From NCBI RefSeq assembly GCF_009914755.1, contig NC_060947.1: a stretch of 64,000 nt of DNA; one strand, written 5' to 3'. The notes under the pieces are model-generated. The model searched no databases, was not told where the DNA came from, and saw only the letters and a list, made by a program, of their open reading frames with translations. The position numbers and the translations under genes are program-made. Positions within the stretch are counted from its first letter, which is position 1. Every line of letters begins with the position of its first letter. Positions 54,691 to 64,000 of the stretch are shown one piece after another. Source of the DNA: the human T2T-CHM13v2.0 reference genome, Homo sapiens.

Positions 54691-57600
54691 TAATGCTGGA
54701 TAGCTTCTGTTTGCCAACTCCTGCCAGATCCACCCCACCTTCTCTATTTTGCTCTATGCCCTGTGAGATGGACATTTATGGACTAGATCTACAGGGTTCT
54801 TGTCATCTGGCTTCTAGATGAGTTCTAATAGGAAGCTTAGGAAGAAGACTGGAGCTGTGTAGGGAATCAACCTTGGAATATTTATTAGCCAATTTCTCTC
54901 CTTACTGAATCTCCATGTATTGTCTTCATGTCTTTACCAAAGGCCACTGTTCCTGTCAGGTAATTTTTTCCATATAGTTACTTCTCTTGGGAACACTTAC
55001 TTCATTTGCCCCTTCAGGTCTTACAATGATTACAGCTGGTGGCTGGTATAACCACACTATCCTTTTTTGTTTCCAAATACTCTGTCAATGCCTTTGTAAA
55101 TAGTCCCTGTTTTAATACTTTCTACATTTTGTTTGGGTGTGTCACCTGCTCTTTATTGGGACTTGGCTAATTAATCCTCTTACCATCCATGTGTCTCTTA
55201 CCATCCATGGCCAAGTTAGTTAATTTCAATAAGCCTTAATTTTCTCATTGCTAAAATACAAATATTAGTCTCTTCTTCACATGGTTTTCATGAATATTAA
55301 ATAAGATTGTGTATTAAAGTGCTCAGTGTAGTATCTAATATACAGGCTCAACCATATGAAACTGTCATTTTGGCAGATCAGATAGTTGTATCTTAACAAT
55401 TTTATGTGGTTCAAACCGAGTAAGTACAAGAAGTGTTAAGTTTTATTATCAATACCCTCATTTCTCTTTCTCACCTGATTTACTATATAAACTTTCCAAC
55501 TTACTCCTAATGCTGCCCTTAGCTTCTATATGTTTCTTAAATATGCCTGATTATTTCCTTCATTAGAAGTTCATGGAGTTCTCTCTGTCTCTCATGCATT
55601 CACCAAAGATGGGTGTCCTCCCTTTTTTCATGTGTCAGTTTGAATGCCACATCCACAGAAAGGCCTTCATGAACTCTCCTAGGTAGCTCCCACTTGGTAT
55701 TTTTATTCTCAGAGATTCCTGTCTGTGCCTGCCAAAAATTTTATAATTTATAATGATGAATATTTGTTACTTTTTCCTTGTTTATCCTTGTCCATTTATG
55801 TATAAAATCAAAGAAGGAAGGAATGCTATTCTATTCACTCATTGTACAGTCAGCCATAAGGCAGTGCTTGGCTCTCCCTAAGTATCTGTTGAAAGTGTTG
55901 AAGAATAGTTACATAGAAAATAATAAAGGAATATTTAAAAACATAGATATGATATGTCCTTTTTGACCTTGAAATTATTCACTGGTTCCACCTAAACGCA
56001 AAAATAAAAATGAAAAGTTTAGAATCAGGCCTTACCTCCTTCATTGGTTTCTCCTCTCACCACACTCTTAAAAACACCTTTTGTTCAAACTATAATAAAG
56101 CATTTACAATATAAATCATATGTTTCAGTCACATATTGTTTTCTTCACTTATTGGCTTCTGAGCCTGAAGTGACTATCCTCCCTTCTATTCTTAGCTAAA
56201 TTATGATTATCCTTTAAGACTGTTCAAGTATCCTCTTTTCAAGGTAGTGTTATGAATCTCTCAGTGTGATTTAGGTATCCCTCATTTTTGTTCTCTTAAT
56301 AACTTGGCATAAATTTTACTCTTGCCAAAACATGTTGCATTGTTTATTTGTATATTATTTTCTCTATATTTGAGTTCTGTAAAGATAATGGGCTATACTT
56401 AAGTTGTCAGTGAACCTCTATTTATGGCACAATGCATAACAAACTGTTGGCACTCCACATATAGTACTGTTATAATACAAAAATATCTTCTAGGCTTTAT
56501 GTTAGCTGCTAAAGATTAACCATAGGAATGTAACCTATTCCCTTCCTACCTGGACAACAGAGGATGGGTGATGAATGACCTCTACCTGATTATCTTATAA
56601 ACATACTTCTGATCTAGATTGCTTATTATAAATAAACAATAAGCATGGTTGGCTGGAGAGTAGGAGTAGTCAAGTGAGCATTTTTCTATTTGTGGAGTTA
56701 ACAGTGCATAAAAGGAAGGAGTCCCAAAACTCTAAAAAATTCATTTGTTAATCCAATAGTATAATTTTTCACAATTCACTAGAAAATGGAAAATTGACTA
56801 TTTTGAACTATTCCAGAGACAATATTTTATCTGTATTGAGTCATTAGTATAGTTTGGTCCTAGGTAAGAACTATTATTAATGTGGGCCTGATTAAATAAT
56901 TAAACCCTGTGTGGTAATACAGATGCTGTATCTGAGAAAGAAAACTGTAGATGGGAGTATTACTATATCATATTTTCAAGTGTCTACTTCAAGAGCCTAA
57001 TTATAAAATAAGATAAAGAGGAGTAGGATTGGAGGGCTTTCAGAGCACATAGGTGTCAGAGAGGAAAAATAAAAGATAACAGTGAAAAGAAGAACGCACA
57101 TCTACAGACCTAGGAGGTTAAAAAGAAATATTCAGGTTAAAAGGTTGTGTGGGTTTGGGAGAGAGAAATAGTCATGAATATATTGTGGCAAGTGTCAGAG
57201 AATGATTCAATATGGCCTCGAAAATCACCCATAAGTACCTTGAAAATCACCCATAAGTACAAAACAGCATTGATGTTTAATCCCAGTGAGATTTCTCTGA
57301 ATTGCAGATTACTTGTTTGACTCCCGTGGCACTTGAAATGGTCAATTATTTTACTCCCTTTTGTCCCGTTCTGAAAGATCTGCTGTAATGATTATAGTAA
57401 AGAAAGTGGGTGGATGGAACAGGGAAGGAATAATAAAGTAAGGAGAATAATTTAATGTTCTTATTAACTAATTGATTAAAGTTGAAAGTATAGCTTCACC
57501 CATCCTTCTTACATATATATGTTTTCTTCTTAATAATCTTATTAGATGAAGAAGAGTGTTATTATAGATTAGAAATGTCAGATTTCTGCTCTCTGTTCTC

Positions 57601-59143
57601 CACCTACATAGATGAAAAACAGCCTCTCTATATCTTTCAGTTGAAACAGAATATTAGGAAAATGAGGGTTTATAGCCAAAATGTGATTTCCATTTATTTC
57701 ATTTATATTAGATATACAACACCTAGAAAATTGAGGTATAATGATTCTTAAAATGAATTTTAAAATTCTATGACTTTCAGGTCACTGACTGTGACCCTGA
57801 AGAGGGAAATTATGAGGACCGTTAGAGAGATAGCATATAAGTGTATGATGACCACTGTAATCTAAGGTCAAATCTTAAATTTAGATAATGGTATCAGAGA
57901 AATACATATAGGGATGGCATCAAATAAAATTATTAATTTTTCAGAATTTCAGAACTTCATGTTTTAACTTTGTGGGTTTGCTTTCATCCTTGAAACATTA
58001 TTGTCATATAAAGTTTCTATTTTTCTGAGTGTGGGCTACCCTGTCTTTTGCCGTAGTTTCAGTTTTATTTGTGTTTCAAATGAATATCTTTAATATATTT
58101 AAAAAGGCAATTTTTTTTCCTTTCATAGACTAAAGTAATAAAATATATTAGAGCTACAGATAAACTGATATTTAAATTTTCTATTTTATAGATTGTGAGA
58201 AAAGTATATGCACGTTCATATATCAAGACAGTGTGTTCATTGAACATAGTGAGGAAAAAAGCATCTTCTAAATATTGGCCATTACTATTATTATTAGGTT
58301 CTAAAACCTCTTTTCTCTGCTTTAATCAATGACCTACATATCTATTTTGTTAGTTGAGACACTTTAGTTTGCAAATGACACAGGTACAATTCAAACTATT
58401 TTAAGCAATAAAGAAAATCAGTGGCTTATGTAACTAGAAAGCATAATTGCATTAGGCTAACTTTCTTTCTATTACTGCCTTCAGGCCTTCATCCTTCAAT
58501 GGTGACCTAGTTCTAAGGCTTCTGTAGATGGAAGCACAAGAACCATCAGTGACTCTAGGTTTCCCTCATTATTTGCAACACCAGTTCCATGAAAAGTCTC
58601 ACAAAGGGCTCCAACTGTTTAGCTTTGGGTTATGAGTCTATTTCCAAGCCAATCAATTTGCTTAGGGGTTAGGATGTTCTAACTGGCTAGGATCAGATTA
58701 CGTGACTTCCCCTGGAACTTACAGGTCAGGTGAGCAACTGTTGAATCACCTGGAATGAGAATGGGAAATTGATGGCCCCCTCAACCAATTTTTAATAGAT
58801 AAAACATTTCTGTCAGCTAATCTGTCAAAGTCCAAACATCCTTATATTCTTTAAAAGTTATCTTATAAAAGACATTTCAGACAGAGAGGCAAAACCTAGT
58901 ATATGCATATATAATTTGAGTACAGAGCAATAGTTTTTCCTTTCTTCCTTTACTTTTGTCCTTTAAAAGTTATGAAGTTGAGATAACTGTGCACTTGTCC
59001 TTTCTTTTCCCTTGGCCTTCTTTTGCACTCCTTCCTTCCTTCTTTTCATTCTCCTTTCCTTAAGTAATATCTTGTTTGAGAAGATTTATTGTGAATTTCA
59101 GAGACAGGTATGTTATACCTATATGAAATATGAAATAAAACAA

Positions 59144-59460
59144 GGCCTGGGGCAGTGGCTCACGCCTGTAATCCCAGCACTGTGGGAGGCCGAGGCGGGC
59201 GGATCGCGAGGTCAGGAGTTTGAGACCAGCCTGACCAACATGGTGAAACCCTGTCTCTACTAAAAATACAAAAATTAGCCGGGCATGGTGATGCGCACCT
59301 GTAATCCCAGCTACTCAGGAGGCTGAGGCAGGAAAATCACTTGAACCCCGGGAGGCAGAGGTTGCAGTGAGCCAACATCACGCCATTGTACTCCAGCCTG
59401 GGTGACAGACGAGACTCCGTCTCAAAAAAAAAGAAAGAAACAAACAAAAGAAAGTAAAAA
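59144..59460 (+). mobile_element. AluS (Sg-like) SINE
   Basis: Full dimer; the A-rich tail merges into a purine repeat. Confidence 0.95.
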
Positions 59461-59520
59461 GGAAGGAAGGAGGGGAGGAAGGGAGGGAGGGAGGGAGGGA
59501 GGGAGGGAGGGAGGGAAAAA
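59461..59520. repeat. (GGAA)n/(GGGA)n polypurine tract
   Basis: About 9 consecutive GGG runs at 59481-59515. Confidence 0.95.
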
Positions 59521-60545
59521 TTCCGTCTAAGATAAAGTAAGATGGAGATTATTTCCATAAGATAAAGGCAATTAGTAAGACTAGTTTTTAAAAATGTCTT
59601 AAAATCCTGAAAGGTAATATATTCCTATTCTAAAAGGTAGTATATTCTGGATTCTAAGCATTCCATCAGTACAGTCAAAGAGGCAAACTAATAGTTATAT
59701 GATTCAGAATGTACCTAAGAGGAAATTAAACAGTTCCTCAGAAGAAACACAGCTATTTCTGACTCAGACCAGAGAGATATTTCTTTCAAGAGCCCTCATA
59801 AAAAGGATACCATATAAAGTAATGTAAATATTTTCAACATTCCTCTAGTAAATGCAGCTGTTGGATTCATGAAATATTTGGGTTAAACATTACTATAATA
59901 AATACAGCTATTACATTTATAGTAATAATTCTCAGAAGTACATCAGTAGATGTTAGTCATTAAATAAAGAGTCTACAAAAGCTGGCTACAAAGGGGTTAA
60001 TAGAACATGGGTCAAAAATCATAAGAGGACTTAAAAAGACTGTATTTTCTCTTAATGTCTCTAGTAAGCTATTGAAGATTTGTAACCATGGTAGTAATAT
60101 TATCACATTTGATTTTTGAAAAATTATTCCATTAGCTTTTGGAAGAATAGATTGCGGGTTAACATTAGGGGTAAAGTCATAATTATATTAATCAAATAAC
60201 AAAATAGAAAAGGAGGACTTCTTAAAGATGTTTTTGTACACTCAATTTCATTGCTTCTGGCCTACTAGTCTGCTTCTTTCTAACTCCTTCTGATTCTTCT
60301 TGGTCTGAGTCATCTCACTTAGGATTTGTTTTCTAATTCTTTTACTTTCTCTCAAAAGTCAGGTCCTGTTCCTCTGTGACCCTGCCTCACCTTGTGTATA
60401 CACTTGTATATTAATATGTTTTGGTTTATCTATATTCCCCCTTCAGAGATTGTATCTTTGACTTCTGTATGTATTAGCCAAGAGACATAATACACAATTA
60501 CAAATAAATGAATGAACATGAAAATACGTAGGGATAGAATGCTAG

Positions 60546-60911
<366 letters not shown>

Positions 60912-62310
60912 AGAAAAAATCCTTTAATTGTTGTTTATGAGTGTGTAATTTGGACAAACGTAAACACATAGGAATCGTTTTCATAAACCACATCTTCTAG
61001 ACTTGTTTCTTTTAAACATGTCTCATGAAAAAAACACAGTCAAAAATTTTCTGGAAAGACAACAGTAGCTCCATTTCATATTAAGGGATCAGGTATTTTT
61101 TTTTAAGTAGGGTATCTACCAAACAGTGTCAGAGAAAGCAAATTGTTTTCTAGCAATGAAAAAATAAATAACAGTAAACCTATTCTCTGATCTCCAAGTC
61201 AAGCCACTAGTTTTTTCCCCTACCACCTCAGCTCACAGTTTTTTAAGCCCAAGATAGCTTTCTCCTAGTACTCTATCTATCTGAAAGTCTAAACTTTTAT
61301 CTGGCAAGATCATTCTCACAATTGAGTGAATCAAGGTATAATGGAAAAATTAAGCAGAGCTTATTGCATGTACTTTTAAATTTACTAATGTTTCTTTCAT
61401 GTTTCCTTTCTTTAGGGGGTTAGTGGTGATAGTGGTAGCATTTAAGGACATTTGGAGATGGACTTATAATATTCCAGGTAGACAGTTATAACTGGACAGC
61501 TCGTTTGTACCTGCTCAAGTGTCTCTAGTTGCATCACTTACAAAGACTATTGATTATAATGGTGAATGGAAGTGTTTTACATTTCTTAAGTGAAAAAATG
61601 ACTTTGAGCAAGATAACCATCTACTTCTTAGAGACCACATTGATCTCTATCAACATCTATAGATTTCACCTTAAACTCTGCCAATTTTCCAAGGATATTT
61701 GGCACTGGGTCTTAAGCAGACAGAGCAAAAGTGGTGAGATTTTGACATTGTCTTAAATTACAGTGATTCAGTTTGGATATGAAATATTGTGTAGGAATAC
61801 AAAAAAGCAAATGCAGATGACATGGGGGAGAATATAATTTATTAAAAGTTTATCACTGTTAACACATACTTCAAGGATAATTTATAATACCTGAGAATTG
61901 TATAAAATGATATATAAAATAATGCTATTGTTATTGTAATCTATAAATTTGGAAGTGAATAAGAACTTCATGCAAGAGGTATTAGTCATCTGTTCTTACA
62001 CATGGATTTTATTTTACATGTTACACATTAGTTATTTTTTGGAAAACTGGATAATCAATGGGTATTTTATTTTTTAAAATTTAATTATAGCTATCTTTTT
62101 TAACTTTAGAAGTTAAATATTTTGTTACACCTTTTTTGTCTCTTCAGTAAACAAAATCAACTGCTGAAAAACTTTGTCAAAGCAATTGTTCACTTGAGAC
62201 TGCTAGATTCAGAATATTACTGAGAAAAATCTTGTGCCTCTCTGTGGGTATTATCTAGGTTAAATTCTGGGAGCAGGCAAAATGACTTTCCATTCAGGAG
62301 TGTGTTCTTG

Positions 62311-62311
62311 T

Positions 62312-62345
<34 letters not shown>

Positions 62346-62634
62346 TGTTTTTGTTTTGAGACAGAGTCTTACTTTATTGCCCAGGCTGCAGTGCAGTGGT
62401 GCGATCTTGGCTCACTGCAACCTCTGCCTCCCAGGTTCAAGTCTCCTGCCTCAGCCTCCCGAGTAGCTAGGATTACAGGCATGTACCACCATGCCCAGCT
62501 AATTTTTGTATTTTTAGTAGAAACGGGCTTTCGCATATTGGCCAGGCTGGTCTCGAACTCCTGACTTCAGGTGATCGGCCCACTTCGGCCTCCCAGAGTG
62601 CTGGGATTACAGGCGTGAGCCACTGCTCCTGGCC
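62311..62634 (-). mobile_element. AluS SINE with (TTTTTG)n tail
   Basis: TSD CAGGAGT(G/A)TGTTCTTG. Confidence 0.95.
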
Positions 62635-62849
62635 CAGGAGTATGTTCTTGTTAAGTGCCTTAATTTTCACCAGATAATGCCAAACCTTCCCTCAGCTATG
62701 TGGAGCCTTAAAGGGCATGGTTCTGCATCTCAGTGACAAAACAGAGTAGCTGTGCTCCTGAAGCTCCGTTGTGACTAACTTTAATTTCACTGCCATTTTT
62801 TATATCTATAAAAAGCCAGGCTGAGGAGCACAATGTTTATGTAAATGTG

Positions 62850-63267
62850 TAGTATAGTTTGCATGTTTGTCCCCTCCAAATCTCAAGTTGAAATGTGATC
62901 CCCAATGTTGAACGTGGGGCCTGGTGAGTGGCCTTTGGGTCATGGGGGAAGTTCCCTCATGAATGGCTTGGTGCCCTCCCTACGGTACTGAGTGAGTCTC
63001 ACTCTGTTAGTTCACGTGAGAGCTGGTTGTTTAACAGAGTCTGGTACCACCCTCTTCTTGCTCTCTTCCTCTATCACCATGTGATGCGCTTGCTCCCCCT
63101 TCACTTTCCACCATGATTGGAAGCTTCCTGAGGTCCTCACCAGAAACAGATGCTGGTGCCATTCTTCTGATACAGCCTGCAGAACCGTGAGCCTATTAAA
63201 CCTCTTTTCTTTATAAATGACCCAGTCTCAGGTATTCCTTTGTAGCAATGCAAAACAGACTAATATA
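62850..63267 (+). mobile_element. MST-family MaLR solo LTR
   Basis: TATAGTTTGCATGTTTGTCCCCTCCAAATCTC...CAAAACAGACTAATATA. Confidence 0.88.
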
Positions 63268-63684
63268 GTTTGTCTAAAGAAGTGTCTCCTAAATATATTT
63301 ATTTGACCAGGGAAACTTGAATGGAATGTCCTTCAGAAGCAACAATTTCCTTCAGAAGCAACAAACTAACATTGTTGTTATGTATTATGTAACATTTATT
63401 GCTAATACTGATTCCAGACATTTTACACATATTATTTCATTTAGTCACCTCAAGACAACTAGATGAGGGAAGTAACATAACTATTTTATAATGTAAGAAA
63501 CTGTTTACCTAGAGTAATAAAGCTGGTGAGGGGGAGATGACATAAAACAGTGGCTATCTAACTCTATAATGCATGGTCATCTAGTTGCCTTATTTCTAAC
63601 ATATTATGTCTGACTGCACCAAGGGTTATCAGAAAGTTTTACATTATATAATGTATAAGTAGAGTTGGTCAGAAAATCCCTGTG

Positions 63685-63686
<2 letters not shown>

Positions 63687-63733
<47 letters not shown>
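63687..63733. repeat. (TG)n microsatellite
   Basis: Direct read, about 23 units. Confidence 0.98.
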
Positions 63734-63734
<1 letters not shown>

Positions 63735-64000
63735 CCGCCCACAGGAAGTTTTGTCTGAAAGAAAAGCCAGAGAGTTCATTGAGTACACTAAATCACATGC
63801 TGTCTAGCCCTAAAATGGTCCTCTAGTGGTATTATAAGCCAGGAAAGTGCTGCTCTTTTCACCCCGCTACAATGTCTTTTGAACTAGCTTGAGTAATTTA
63901 AGAAAATCCTTTTCAAAATTATGCATATGTCCTCACCTCATTATTAAACTGAAGGGAACACTCAGCAATAGGAATGTTTTTTAAGGGCTGTTTTAAATCC

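Overview
This is AT-rich, repeat-dense primate (human-like) intergenic DNA. I found no intact protein-coding gene, RNA gene or prokaryotic-type system, and most ORF-track entries are translations of Alu, L1, MaLR or Tigger repeats. The one gene-derived feature is a GC/CpG-rich processed pseudogene of the homeobox gene VENTX (~42967-44724, +). It has an early stop, frameshifts and two deletions that destroy the homeodomain, but its former 3'UTR keeps an intact micro-ORF, ATG-MTQGQHFLQKV-TAG, which matches the NA88-A melanoma T-cell antigen. One deletion looks like a fossil of cryptic-acceptor splicing in the parent mRNA. Other notable structures: a near full-length Tigger1 holding three nested insertions (THE1, HERV-K LTR5, inverted L1), four L1 copies with twin-priming 5' inversions, a 143-bp tandem duplication, a 41-bp inverted repeat pair 1.7 kb apart, and a short locally templated insertion. 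Repeat subfamily names and the VENTX comparison come from remembered consensus sequences, not from alignments.
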